NCBI GenBank assembly: GCA_963752595.1
Contig: CAVVYZ010000022.1
Span: 112,043 to 176,042, forward strand
Direction of reading: 5' to 3'
Length of the DNA stretch: 64,000 nt
Source of the DNA: an uncultured delta proteobacterium
GTDB lineage: Bacteria > Desulfobacterota > Desulfomonilia > UBA1062
In this document: piece after piece, positions 40,205 to 49,902 of the stretch
Position numbering within the stretch: the stretch's first letter is position 1
Layout: every line of letters starts with the position of its first letter
Translations under genes and position numbers: made by a program
The notes under the pieces: generated by a model
Databases searched by the model: none
Seen by the model: only the letters and a program-made list of their open reading frames with translations
What the model was told of the DNA's origin: nothing

Positions 40205-42200
40205 ATGGCATTTAAAATCGTATCGCCTTTTCAGCCGCAGGGTGACCAGCCTGCAGCAATAGATGCACTCTGTGAAGGGATAAGCAAAGGAATCCGCGAT
40301 CAGGCCCTCCTCGGCGTAACCGGCTCGGGGAAGACCTTCACCATGGCGTGCGTCATCGAACGTATGAACAGGCCTGCCCTTGTCATCGCACCCAACAAGA
40401 TCCTTGCTGCCCAGCTCTACGGCGAATTCCAGGAACTCTTCCCGGAAAACGCGGTGGAGTACTTCGTGAGCTACTACGATTACTATCAGCCCGAGGCTTA
40501 TGTGCCTTCGCGGGATCTCTTTATCGAGAAAGACTCCGCCATAAACGAAGACATCGATAAGCTCAGGCACCGGGCGACCAGGGCGCTCTTTGAACGGGAA
40601 GACTGCATCATCGTTGCATCCGTATCCTGCATATATGGTCTGGGCTCGCCCGAGGCGTATTCAGGCATGCTCCTTTACCTCGAAAAAGGCAGGAACCTGA
40701 CGAGCAACGATGTCCTCAAGAAACTCGTCGAGATCCAGTACGAGCGGAACGATTATGATTTCACCCGCGGCACGTTCCGTGTCCGGGGAGACGTAATCGA
40801 TATATTCCCGGTCCACGAGGAGGATTCGGCGGTCCGCATCGAATTCTTCGGTGACGAGATCGACTCGCTCTGGCAGATCGACACCTTGCGCAACAGGAAG
40901 ATCCGCGAACTTACCCACTTTCCCATTTATCCTGCCTCACACTACGTTACCCCGCGATCGATTCTTGTCAACGCCATAGATGCAGTACGGGAAGAGCTCA
41001 AAGAGAGGGTTGCATACTTCCGGTCCGAAAACCGCCTCATCGAAGCACAGAGGATCGAGGAGAGGACCAATTACGACATCGAGATGCTCATGGAAACCGG
41101 CGTCTGCAGGGGGATAGAGAACTATTCGAGGCACCTTACCGGCAGGTCTGCCGGGAGACCCGCCGCCTACTCTCATGGACTACCTTCCCAATAATACGCT
41201 GGTGTTTCTCGATGAATCCCACATCGGGATACCTCAGCTCATCGGCATGTATCGGGGGGATCATTCACGGAAAGCGACCCTGGTGGATTACGGCTTCAGG
41301 CTCCCATCGGCCCTGGACAACAGGCCGCTTCGTTTCGATGAATTCAACAAGATCGTCAACACCCTCGTGTATGTATCGGCGACACCGGGCGATTATGAGA
41401 TAACGCAGGCCAAGGGCCGGGTTATCGAACAGCTTGTCCGGCCCACCGGGCTGCTCGATCCCCAGATCGAGATCAGGCCTGCCAGTTCGCAGGTTGACGA
41501 CCTGTACCGGGAAATCACGAAGCGGGTCGATGCAGGCGAGCGCGTTCTGGTGACCACGCTGACCAAGCATATGTCGGAAGAGCTTACCGATTACTACCAG
41601 AATCTCAATCTCAAGGTGAAATACATGCACTCCGATATCGACACCCTTGAGCGAATAGAGATCGTGAAAGGCTTGCGCGAAGGCAAGTTCGATATCCTCG
41701 TCGGGATCAATCTTCTGAGGGAAGGACTCGACATCCCTGAGGTTTCGCTCGTGGCGATTCTTGATGCGGACAAGGAAGGCTTCTTAAGGTCCGCCCGCTC
41801 TCTCATTCAGACAGCCGGACGGGCGGCGCGAAATGTCAACGGCAAGGTCATCATGTATGCCGATACCAGGACCGATTCTATAGAGTACGCGACATCAGAG
41901 ACGCTCCGGAGAAGAGAGAAACAGAACGAATACAACAAAGTCCATGGAATTACACCCAAAACGATCCAAAAAGGGATCAGAGATATCCTGGCATCCATCT
42001 ATGAGCGGGACTACGCTGATATCTCCTCGACCGTCAGCACTTCTTTGGGAACGGTGGAGACGGGAAAGATGAAGCAGACCATTCGTCAGCTCGAAAAAAA
42101 GATGTTCGAAGCTGCGGACGATATGCGATTTGAGGATGCCGCATCTCTCAGAGATGAGGTAAAGCGCCTCAGGAAGATCTCCCTTGTGGTGGAAGGATAG
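40205..42200 (+). CDS. uvrB: Excinuclease ABC subunit B (frameshift near 41160)
   Basis: [43 protein letters not shown]-terminal UVR motif. Confidence 0.97.
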
Positions 42201-42205
42201 CCTCT

Positions 42206-42913
42206 ATGTACAAGATCGTAAGAGATCTGGGATATGCCGTTCGAGAGTTCGCCCCCTATACGGTCATATATAAACAAGACCATCCGCTCATCCCGGATAT
42301 GATTGGCGACAAGCCTGTACTCGGAGAGAAATCTTTCATTCAAGGCAGGAATGCCATGCGCATCATCGAGCCTGATCTCATGGTCAGGTCCCTCACCCAT
42401 GGCGGCAGTTTGAGATATATAACAAAGTCACGCTTCCTGAGCATAGACAGGAGCCTGAGGGAGATCGAGATCAGCTCATTCCTCAGATCAAAGAATATCC
42501 CCACCCCCGAAATCTTAGCGGTGAGGTTTCATAAAAAAGGCTTTTTCTTCTCCATAGAGGTGATTACGTCCCTGGTTCCTGAATCAATCGACCTGCTCGT
42601 TTATCTTGAGAAAAACGCAGGAGATTCCCTGCAGCCCCTTCTCCGGACAGGCAGACTCGTTCAGGATATTCACCGCCTCGGGGTTTACCATGCAGATCTC
42701 CATGTAAAAAATATCCTTCTTGACCGGAACAAGGCCCCATGGATCATCGACCTCGATAATGCATACCGTTTTTCCAGCCTCCCTTCTCTCCTGAAGGCAA
42801 AGAACCTCAAGCGGTTCGTCCACTCGTTGAGGAAATGGCAGAAAAAGGGGAGAATACTACTTGCAGAAGGCTGGGAGCAGGCATTCATGGACGGCTATAC
42901 CCGGCAGGAATAA
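42206..42913 (+). CDS. Kdo kinase / lipopolysaccharide kinase (KdkA/InaA family)
   Basis: GR, HGG, REI, HADLHVKNIL, IIDLD, NLKRF..SLRK. Confidence 0.75.
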   Translation: MYKIVRDLGYAVREFAPYTVIYKQDHPLIPDMIGDKPVLGEKSFIQGRNAMRIIEPDLMVRSLTHGGSLRYITKSRFLSIDRSLREIEISSFLRSKNIPTPEILAVRFHKKGFFFSIEVITSLVPESIDLLVYLEKNAGDSLQPLLRTGRLVQDIHRLGVYHADLHVKNILLDRNKAPWIIDLDNAYRFSSLPSLLKAKNLKRFVHSLRKWQKKGRILLAEGWEQAFMDGYTRQE

Positions 42914-42934
42914 GCCGAGCATGCCCCCTCTCCC

Positions 42935-43690
42935 TTATCCTCCGGCAATAAGAGAGTCTATAGCATCCCTCACGTCATTCATGAGTTGATCTCTCGTTTC
43001 CGGTGAATATAATGAGGCATCGAGAGGTTTCCCGATATTGATGTGCACGTGCCCGTCAAGGTTGACCTCCCAGGTATCCGGCTTATGAATGTTTTCCGAA
43101 CCGGTGATTCCCACAGGGATTATCTGAGCCCCTGTCTGGATAGCAACCATGAATCCGCCCTTCTTAAACCGGCCGAGAGACCCGTTGCGAGACCTTGTCC
43201 CTTCAGGAGCTATCCAGAGCACGACTCCGTTCTTCATCTTTTCTTTCGCAAGCTCAAGGTCTTTCAACGCCTGCTCATGGTTATGGCGATCAATGGAGAG
43301 GAATTCTGCAGCCTTGAGCCCCCTTCCCCATATGGGAATCCTGAAAAGTTCCTTCTTTGTAAGCATACGGATGCTTCCCGGAAGAGATACGAAGATAAGG
43401 GGGATATCGTAATGACTCCGGTGATTGGACATAATGATGTATGGAGTATCCGGCTGTATCGTCACCCCATGGGGATTGGAAACCTCGTAAGAGCCCCTGA
43501 CGGCCTTGAGCAGATGACGAGACCACCAGCGCAAAACACTGTCGGCGTAAGGCCTGTTGTATGTCCTGCTGTAACGCAGGTAAAGCCCGAGGAAAGAGAT
43601 GCCCAGGGTTGATGCTGTAGTCTGAAGGATGATCCATGCCTTCTGGAAGAATGACGCCCTCACTCTGCAAAGCCTCCTCTCTAATAACAA
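42935..43690 (-). CDS. plsC: 1-acyl-sn-glycerol-3-phosphate acyltransferase
   Basis: NHRSHYD (HX4D), APEGTRS, FKKGGF. Start uncertain. Confidence 0.88.
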   Translation of the reverse strand: MLLERRLCRVRASFFQKAWIILQTTASTLGISFLGLYLRYSRTYNRPYADSVLRWWSRHLLKAVRGSYEVSNPHGVTIQPDTPYIIMSNHRSHYDIPLIFVSLPGSIRMLTKKELFRIPIWGRGLKAAEFLSIDRHNHEQALKDLELAKEKMKNGVVLWIAPEGTRSRNGSLGRFKKGGFMVAIQTGAQIIPVGITGSENIHKPDTWEVNLDGHVHINIGKPLDASLYSPETRDQLMNDVRDAIDSLIAGG

Positions 43691-43746
43691 TGGTTTGTTT
43701 ATGGGATCAAAGCATCATACCTATGCTCTGATCATATATTTCATAT

Positions 43747-44151
43747 TCAAGTATGATCGTGGATGCCCTTGGATTTTTCTTCATCCATTCTTTTTTGAAT
43801 ATAATCCCGTTCCTTTATCAGATGACTCACAAGGTCTGCAAACGTCCAATGGATGGATTGCTGCGTAACTACCGCATAGATAGGTTTTGGGAGATCCCAT
43901 TTCTTTGCTTCACGCATGATCGTATGAATAGTCTGGGCAGGGACGTTGAAAAAGAGCATCACCTTTTCATTACAGGAATATTCCTGATCCGATTTCTTAT
44001 CGGAAAACAGGATATCCTGGACCAGGATGTTTCCCTGATCCTTTTCTATTGCCTGCACAAGAGGCGCACCTATTTCCTGAAAGAAATGATCCATCAGGAG
44101 CCTTTCCTCAAAGCTGTAATTCCAGAGCAGTATCCTTGGCTCAGTATTCAT
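43747..44151 (-). CDS. DUF3783-like protein
   Basis: VMLFFNV...PIYAVVTQQSIHWTFADLVSHLIKER pattern. Confidence 0.7.
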   Translation of the reverse strand: MNTEPRILLWNYSFEERLLMDHFFQEIGAPLVQAIEKDQGNILVQDILFSDKKSDQEYSCNEKVMLFFNVPAQTIHTIMREAKKWDLPKPIYAVVTQQSIHWTFADLVSHLIKERDYIQKRMDEEKSKGIHDHT

Positions 44152-44192
44152 GGAAAACTCCATTTCTACTCAGGTGATTCCCCGTGGAGTTA

Positions 44193-44238
44193 CCCCATCT
44201 TCCTCTCACCTCGTGGGAGAGGACAGAGGAGAGGGGGG
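44193..44238. repeat. CCCTCTCCC-type repeat, degenerate copy 2
   Basis: TCCTCTCACCTCGTGGGAGAGGA followed by GGGGAGAGGGGGG. Confidence 0.65.
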
Positions 44239-44436
44239 TAAGCAAAATATTCGAACAGTATTTGTAATACATAATATAGAAAAAAATAAACATCAAGGGA
44301 CACTTTCCGCTCTATCCTTGCATCCGGACAAAGTTATGGAAGCCTTTAAAAGACATGCTGTGAGTGCATTCTTCATTAATGGTTTGCTTTTATTATTCCG
44401 ATACATTTAGGAGATAAAACAGGAGGTACGTCATAT

Positions 44437-44724
44437 ATGAGATGCCCCAAATGCGGCTATGTGAGCTTTGATTATCTGGATCGATGCAAGAGTTGCGGTG
44501 AGGATCTTGTGCCCGCTAAGATTAAATTGAACATATACACCAAGCCACCCGAAATCGATATCAATGATGATGGTTTTGCCATCGGCAAGGTTGAAGAAGA
44601 GCGCAAGGACCTTATTGAAGAAACACCTGGGAGCAACAAGGGCAATGTATCCATGGACGATGTTTTGAAAGAAGATGGTGATAATCTTGAGAGCTTTAAT
44701 TTTGAAGAGGACGAAAAGGCTTGA
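44437..44724 (+). CDS. Small zinc-ribbon protein with acidic tail
   Basis: MRCPKCGYVSFDYLDRCKSCG; RBS AGGAGG; D/E-rich C-terminus. Confidence 0.75.
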   Translation: MRCPKCGYVSFDYLDRCKSCGEDLVPAKIKLNIYTKPPEIDINDDGFAIGKVEEERKDLIEETPGSNKGNVSMDDVLKEDGDNLESFNFEEDEKA

Positions 44725-44759
44725 CAAGAAATCCCAAATTCAATACACATTCTCCTGTT

Positions 44760-44835
44760 GCCGAGGTAGCTCAGTAGGTAGAGCAGAGGACTGAAAATCC
44801 TCGTGTCGGCGGTTCAACTCCGTCCCTCGGCACCA
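44760..44835 (+). tRNA. tRNA-Phe (GAA)
   Basis: 76 nt. Acceptor stem GCCGAGG/CCTCGGC, anticodon loop CTGAAAA, TTCAA T-loop, encoded CCA. TTGACA at 44721. Confidence 0.97.
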
Positions 44836-44980
44836 AGAATTCACTTCAGTTATTCTTACTTTTTTTTCTTTCACCCGGATAGAAAACCCCAGCCTTATTT
44901 GCCCTTCTGTCATCCGGCAACAGAAGGTATGCACATCGAAATCCTGTGAGCAGCAGATTGATGAAAAGGAGGATACGACA

Positions 44981-45160
44981 ATGCTGAGTCTTTGGATCGT
45001 AATAGGTTGCTTGTTCATGACCGGGATCGGGATCAGGTTCACCTATAAGGTTCTCGGGCTCACCGCTACCGAGGCAATTGCGATTTTCATCCTGATTGTC
45101 ATTCTCGTGGGCGTTAACACAGCTCCGGCAAGAGAACTCCTCATGCAGCTGATGTACTGA
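44981..45160 (+). CDS. Small (59 aa) two-helix membrane protein, absent from the ORF track
   Basis: RBS AAAAGGAGG; MLSLWIVIGCLFMTGIGIRFTYKVLGLTATEAIAIFILIVILVGVNTAPARELLMQLMY*. Confidence 0.75.
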   Translation: MLSLWIVIGCLFMTGIGIRFTYKVLGLTATEAIAIFILIVILVGVNTAPARELLMQLMY

Positions 45161-45217
45161 TAAGAACATACGTGTCCCGCAAGACTGATCTCGCGTGACG
45201 CGTCGGCTCCACGATAA

Positions 45218-47893
45218 TTACTTTTTTATCATCTTGTTCAGAAAGTTATTTAAGGGATCCTGTGACCCCTCACTGCCCTCGGGGACAGGGATGTTGAATT
45301 TCTTTCTGAGCTTCTCAACACCCTTTTCAATACCCTTATTCATATAATACTTTGCGATAGCCTGATTTATCTCTTTTAACTGGAGCGACAGCAAAGGCCT
45401 GCTCGTAGTGCCGGTTATCTTGATGGGCAAGACCATTCTGCGCTGATCGTTTACCAGTGCATTCGTGGCAGGGGCCCTTTTCGTAAGCCTGGAAGAAAAC
45501 TCGGGTGAGAAGGCAACATCCCCGGTAAAGCCGATCTTCCGGGATACCATATCAACTGATCCCTTCATCGTTGCAATGGAGTTCGTCTCTTTGCCCGTGC
45601 TGATGTTGACGAGTTTCATTGAAGGCACTTCGAGAACCTTCCGGGCCATCTGGAAACCTGCACTGAAGGAATCAAATCTCGTTTGGCGATTCCTTTGTAC
45701 CGCACCCTGCTCGCTTGTGATCATCCCGGACAATCCTTGAATGCCGGAAAAGCCGTCGATTACCGAATTTACTATATCGATGTTGTTGATTGTACCCTTA
45801 TCGATCCCGATAGTTCCTTGTGTGGAAAGAGAATCGAGGCCCTTTTTCTCGGCGTTCCCCTTTATCTGCATGTTTCCGGAGAGCGTGCCCGTGAATATGT
45901 CTTTAAACGAAGTCAAGGTATTCATGGCCTGGCCGGCATTGATCCCCTTGATTACCGGGTTGAAGGTCCAGTCTTTGCTTACGGTCATGTATGTTGCGCT
46001 CCCGGCAACAGAACCGTTAAAGACATTCATGCGGAAATCCGGGATGTTGAGGCGCTTCCCTGCATAACGGAAAGCTGTCGTTGTTTTGCCTAAGGCAATT
46101 TTATCGAAATTTCCGCCCTGGATTCCGAATGTGCCCAGACCTGCAAACACTTTGTTCTCGCTCTTTCCCTGGAAATCGAGATTCAGCCCCCGGAATAGTA
46201 TTGCCTTGCTTTTTGCGGATGGGTCTTTGGCCGTATTCGCAGGGACAGTGAAACCCACCTGCTGGGATAAAGCCTGGAATTTGACCGAAGGACTCAATTT
46301 GGTGCCGGTGATCCCTGCCTTCATAGCGACAGACCCGCCGAGCTTGTAGGTCCGCATAAAAGGAATGAGTGCATCCCAGCCCTGCAGCGGAAAAGGCTTT
46401 GTATCGAACTGAATGTTCATGCTGCGTGACGGGTCCTTAATGTTCATCACACCGTTCCCTGTGAGCGTGAGATTGTACAGGATAAGGTTGAGAGTCCTGA
46501 TATTCAGCAGTCCTTCTTTGATACCGGCGGTCGACCCAAACGTGCAGGTCAGCCCTGCAGGCTTGTGGAAGGTTTTTCCATAGGTTATTTCGGTCGAGCT
46601 CATCTCGACGCCGGCTTCAATTGCGATGTCCTGAGTCGTGCCTGCTGTAGATAACCGGAGTGTGGCCGGACCCTTGAAACTGAGGGCGGCAGGGAGGCTT
46701 ACTCCAAACGCAGAAGCAACGTCCACAAGAGTGGCAGGTGTGAGGGATACGCTTCGCACGTTAAAATTCCATGCCGGACCGCTCGCGACGTGCTGGGCCT
46801 TTCCTGCGATGGCAAACTGATTCCCGTTTAACGTGAGGTTCGCAGAATCAACGGTAACATCCTGCGGCAGGGCGTCATACAATATTTTCCCTGAGAGCTC
46901 ACCTGCGATGGCGGCCGGGTTCTTCGCTGCAGGAGCACCTGCCTTTTTCTGCATGATCAGATCACTCAACGTGATTCCGGGGTCTATCGCTATCTTCTGT
47001 TTCAGCTCTCCTTTGGCGGTGATATTACCGCTCATGGTACCGGAAGCTGCTTTGAGAGAAAGCCCGAGGCCTTCGGTAAGCTTTTTCAGAGGAATCGAGT
47101 CCATTTTGATCGTGACATCCAAAGGCATCTTCTCGATCTGCAGATCCAGGCCGATCGGGCCCACCTGCCCTGTAACCAGGAAATTCCGATTCTCTTCGTT
47201 CAGGAAGCTCCCCTCGGCAGCAATCTTGATAGCATCAGTCAGGGAGATGTCTTCGATATCGATATCGAGCTTGCTGATGGTGATGTTTTTATTTGCCGGC
47301 GGCAGGCCTTTCCCCTGATTCGGGTCTTTCCTGTCTTCGTAAATAAGGGTGCCATCGGTGACGGCAAGCTCGTTTATGCCGAATGATGCGAGGATAGCCG
47401 GAACTTTGGAGGGTTTCTCTTTCTTTTCTTCAGGACCCGCCATGTCGCTGAAATTGAACACACCCTGGGGATTCTTGATAATATGTATTGCCGGAGACTT
47501 GAATACGAGCTTGGCTATCCTCACTTCTCCCTTGAGAAGGGGAAGGAGGCGGAGCCGTACCTTTACGCTGTTGAGAGACACGAAATCGCCCGAGGCGAAT
47601 GCAGGGTTTTCAGGAACTTTCAGCCCCTTTATCTCTGCACCGATCCCGGTCAGGACTGTGAGGTTTATGCTCTCGAAATCAACGTCCCGGTGAACGGCCG
47701 GCCGGATACGTGAGAGGATAGTCCCTTTGTATTTGTTCAAATCGATAACGAATGGGGCAATAAGGGCCAGAACAATAAATAGGATGATGCCTGCTGCTAT
47801 CCCTATGAAGACCTTCTTCCTGCCGGAATGTCCATCCGCGGTTCCAGTTTCATGCTGAACGCGTGCTTTAAAAAAATCTCGGATCTTCTTCAT
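45218..47893 (-). CDS. AsmA family protein
   Basis: N-terminal TM then IDLNKYK, LLPLLKG, GVFNFSD; beta-rich body; C-terminal LPIKITGT..RP. Confidence 0.85.
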   Translation of the reverse strand: MKKIRDFFKARVQHETGTADGHSGRKKVFIGIAAGIILFIVLALIAPFVIDLNKYKGTILSRIRPAVHRDVDFESINLTVLTGIGAEIKGLKVPENPAFASGDFVSLNSVKVRLRLLPLLKGEVRIAKLVFKSPAIHIIKNPQGVFNFSDMAGPEEKKEKPSKVPAILASFGINELAVTDGTLIYEDRKDPNQGKGLPPANKNITISKLDIDIEDISLTDAIKIAAEGSFLNEENRNFLVTGQVGPIGLDLQIEKMPLDVTIKMDSIPLKKLTEGLGLSLKAASGTMSGNITAKGELKQKIAIDPGITLSDLIMQKKAGAPAAKNPAAIAGELSGKILYDALPQDVTVDSANLTLNGNQFAIAGKAQHVASGPAWNFNVRSVSLTPATLVDVASAFGVSLPAALSFKGPATLRLSTAGTTQDIAIEAGVEMSSTEITYGKTFHKPAGLTCTFGSTAGIKEGLLNIRTLNLILYNLTLTGNGVMNIKDPSRSMNIQFDTKPFPLQGWDALIPFMRTYKLGGSVAMKAGITGTKLSPSVKFQALSQQVGFTVPANTAKDPSAKSKAILFRGLNLDFQGKSENKVFAGLGTFGIQGGNFDKIALGKTTTAFRYAGKRLNIPDFRMNVFNGSVAGSATYMTVSKDWTFNPVIKGINAGQAMNTLTSFKDIFTGTLSGNMQIKGNAEKKGLDSLSTQGTIGIDKGTINNIDIVNSVIDGFSGIQGLSGMITSEQGAVQRNRQTRFDSFSAGFQMARKVLEVPSMKLVNISTGKETNSIATMKGSVDMVSRKIGFTGDVAFSPEFSSRLTKRAPATNALVNDQRRMVLPIKITGTTSRPLLSLQLKEINQAIAKYYMNKGIEKGVEKLRKKFNIPVPEGSEGSQDPLNNFLNKMIKK

Positions 47894-48031
47894 AATAACT
47901 CCTCATTCATAATAACTCTTCAAGCCGGGGCAATGGGAAATCTCTCCTTTTATTGCTGCCCGGACATTCAGATCCTCCTATCTTTATAATAAATCTTTTG
48001 GATATATTATACTTCTTTTTTCTCAAGATCA

Positions 48032-48143
48032 TAGTGCCTCGTCAACTTCGAATTCACAGGTGAGCATTCCCCCTCTCCCTGCCCTCTCCCCCGGTACCGG
48101 GGGAGGGGCAAGGGAGAGGGGGGCAAAATTGACAAGGTAATAG
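48032..48143. repeat. MITE-like element containing CCCTCTCCC repeat copy 3 (48069-48123)
   Basis: Near-complete palindrome, flanked by imperfect inverted ends TAGTGCCTCGTCAA / TTGACAAGGTAATA. Confidence 0.6.
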
Positions 48144-48230
48144 TGGAGAAGTTCAAAGGAACAGCTTTCAGTTTGATTACTGCTCGACGGATATACTGAA
48201 ATTGAGATAGTATGCAGGCTGGAGAATGCC

Positions 48231-49394
48231 ATGCGCTTTGAGTTTGCAACCGCTTCACGGATTATCTTTGGTGAAGGGACCATACAGGAGGTGCCTGCTC
48301 TTGCCGCCCGGATGGGAAGGCGCGCCCTCGTCATCACCGGCAGCAGTCCGCTTCGTTCACAAGGGTTTATAGACTGTTTACAGAATATGGGCACTTCCGT
48401 GACACCATTCGTCATAGCCCGAGAGCCCACAACTGATATCATTCTTGAAGGAACGGCAATCGCAAAGTCCCATGCGTGTGACCTGGTCGTCGGAATCGGA
48501 GGCGGCAGCGTCATCGACGGTGGGAAAGCCATTGCTGCGCTCCTCACCAACCCAGGAGAGCTTTTCGATTATCTCGAGGTGATCGGGAAGGCTCAAACCC
48601 TTCTCCTGCCCCCTGCGCCGTACATCGCTATCCCCACGAGTGCGGGGACAGGGACCGAGGTTACAAAGAACGCGGTCATCATCTCCAGAGAGCATAAGGT
48701 CAAGGTGAGCATGAGGTCTGAGATGATGCTGCCGAAGCTTGTGGTAGTGGACCCCGAGCTCACCTATTCCATGCCGCCCGGAGTTACCGCAACCACCGGG
48801 CTCGATGCGCTTACCCAGCTCATAGAAGCCTACGTTTCCCTGCGAGCCAATCCCCTCACCGATGGAATCTGCAGGGAAGGACTCACACGCGCGGCCCGGT
48901 CGTTAAAGGCTGTATATGAAGACGGGAATGACTCTGATGCCCGCCATGACATGTCTCTGGCAAGCCTTTTCTCGGGCATAGCGCTGGCAAATGCTGGTCT
49001 GGGAGCTGTCCACGGCTTTGCAGCCCCGATCGGCGGCCGGTTCGATGCCCCGCACGGGCTTGTATGTGCCAGGCTTCTTCCGGTTGTGATGGAAACGAAT
49101 ATCCGGGCTCTCGCCCAGAGGGATCCCGGCTCTTCCGCACTCAACCGGTATGATGGCATCGCAAGAATTCTGACGAATCACTCTGCCGCTCATGCACGAG
49201 AAGGCATCACATGGATTCAGGGCCTCTGCAAAGATCTTCACATCCCCTCCCTGGCCGGTATCGGTATGTCAGAAAGGGATATTCCATCGCTCGTGCAAAG
49301 TGCCATGAGGGCAAGCAGCATGAAAGGGAATCCTGTAGAGCTCACCGAAGAGGAGCTAAAATCAATTCTGCAATCGGCAATGACGCATGAATAG
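48231..49394 (+). CDS. Iron-containing alcohol dehydrogenase
   Basis: GGGSVIDGGK, PTSAGTGTEVT, GLDALTQ, GAVHG, PHG. Confidence 0.93.
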   Translation: MRFEFATASRIIFGEGTIQEVPALAARMGRRALVITGSSPLRSQGFIDCLQNMGTSVTPFVIAREPTTDIILEGTAIAKSHACDLVVGIGGGSVIDGGKAIAALLTNPGELFDYLEVIGKAQTLLLPPAPYIAIPTSAGTGTEVTKNAVIISREHKVKVSMRSEMMLPKLVVVDPELTYSMPPGVTATTGLDALTQLIEAYVSLRANPLTDGICREGLTRAARSLKAVYEDGNDSDARHDMSLASLFSGIALANAGLGAVHGFAAPIGGRFDAPHGLVCARLLPVVMETNIRALAQRDPGSSALNRYDGIARILTNHSAAHAREGITWIQGLCKDLHIPSLAGIGMSERDIPSLVQSAMRASSMKGNPVELTEEELKSILQSAMTHE

Positions 49395-49433
49395 TAAGGG
49401 ATGACCACATGGGGCACTACAAAATCGTCAAAA

Positions 49434-49483
49434 CCCCCTCTCCCCCCTCCCCGTTTCCGGGGGAGAGGGCTAGGGAGAGGGGG
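49434..49483. repeat. CCCTCTCCC-type repeat, copy 4
   Basis: CCCCCTCTCCC...GGGAGAGGGCTAGGGAGAGGGGG between convergent genes; GGGGCACTAC occurs at both 49411 and 49480. Confidence 0.8.
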
Positions 49484-49485
49484 CA

Positions 49486-49680
49486 CTACTCTGCTTTCGT
49501 CTCGTTCTCTACATGAAAGAGCTCGCCGGGCTCTTGCAGCATCTTGTAAAGGGTTTTAACCTTCTCTTCGAGCTCGTCGATCTTGAGCTGCTGTTTGTAC
49601 ACAACATCATTGAGTTTCTGGATCGTATCTTCATGGAATGCCATAAGGGTTTCGAGGTTGGCAAATCTGTCATCATTCAT
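49486..49680 (-). CDS. slyX: SlyX family protein
   Basis: RFANLETLMAFHEDTIQKLNDVVYKQQLKIDEL coiled-coil signature. Confidence 0.85.
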   Translation of the reverse strand: MNDDRFANLETLMAFHEDTIQKLNDVVYKQQLKIDELEEKVKTLYKMLQEPGELFHVENETKAE

Positions 49681-49758
49681 ACATCCCCCAGGATCAGGCA
49701 TGATATTTCAGGATGCTTTCTCTAATTACTATAAAAGATATTTACCTGGAATCAATTA

Positions 49759-49798
49759 CCCCCTCTCCCTGACCCTCTCCCGCAAGGGGAGAGGGGGG
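49759..49798. repeat. CCCTCTCCC-type repeat, copy 5
   Basis: CCCCCTCTCCCTGACCCTCTCCC-GCAA-GGGGAGAGGG. Confidence 0.8.
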
Positions 49799-49902
49799 CG
49801 GTTATTTCCATAAAATTGAAATTCCATAGGGACATACAGGCATTGAATGGTGTATGAAAAACATCGGTTATTCACCACGACGAGCAGGAGGAACTTGATA
49901 TC

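Noticed and set aside
38765-42200. Programmed frameshifting or true pseudogenisation of cysS/uvrB
   Set aside because: Multiple scattered indels without slippery-site architecture; sequencing error is more parsimonious.
44760-45220. Possible integrative element at tRNA-Phe
   Set aside because: No integrase, and no duplicated tRNA 3' end noticed in the window.
47924-47963. Imperfect hairpin upstream of asmA
   Set aside because: No U-tract or known riboswitch motif; insufficient evidence.
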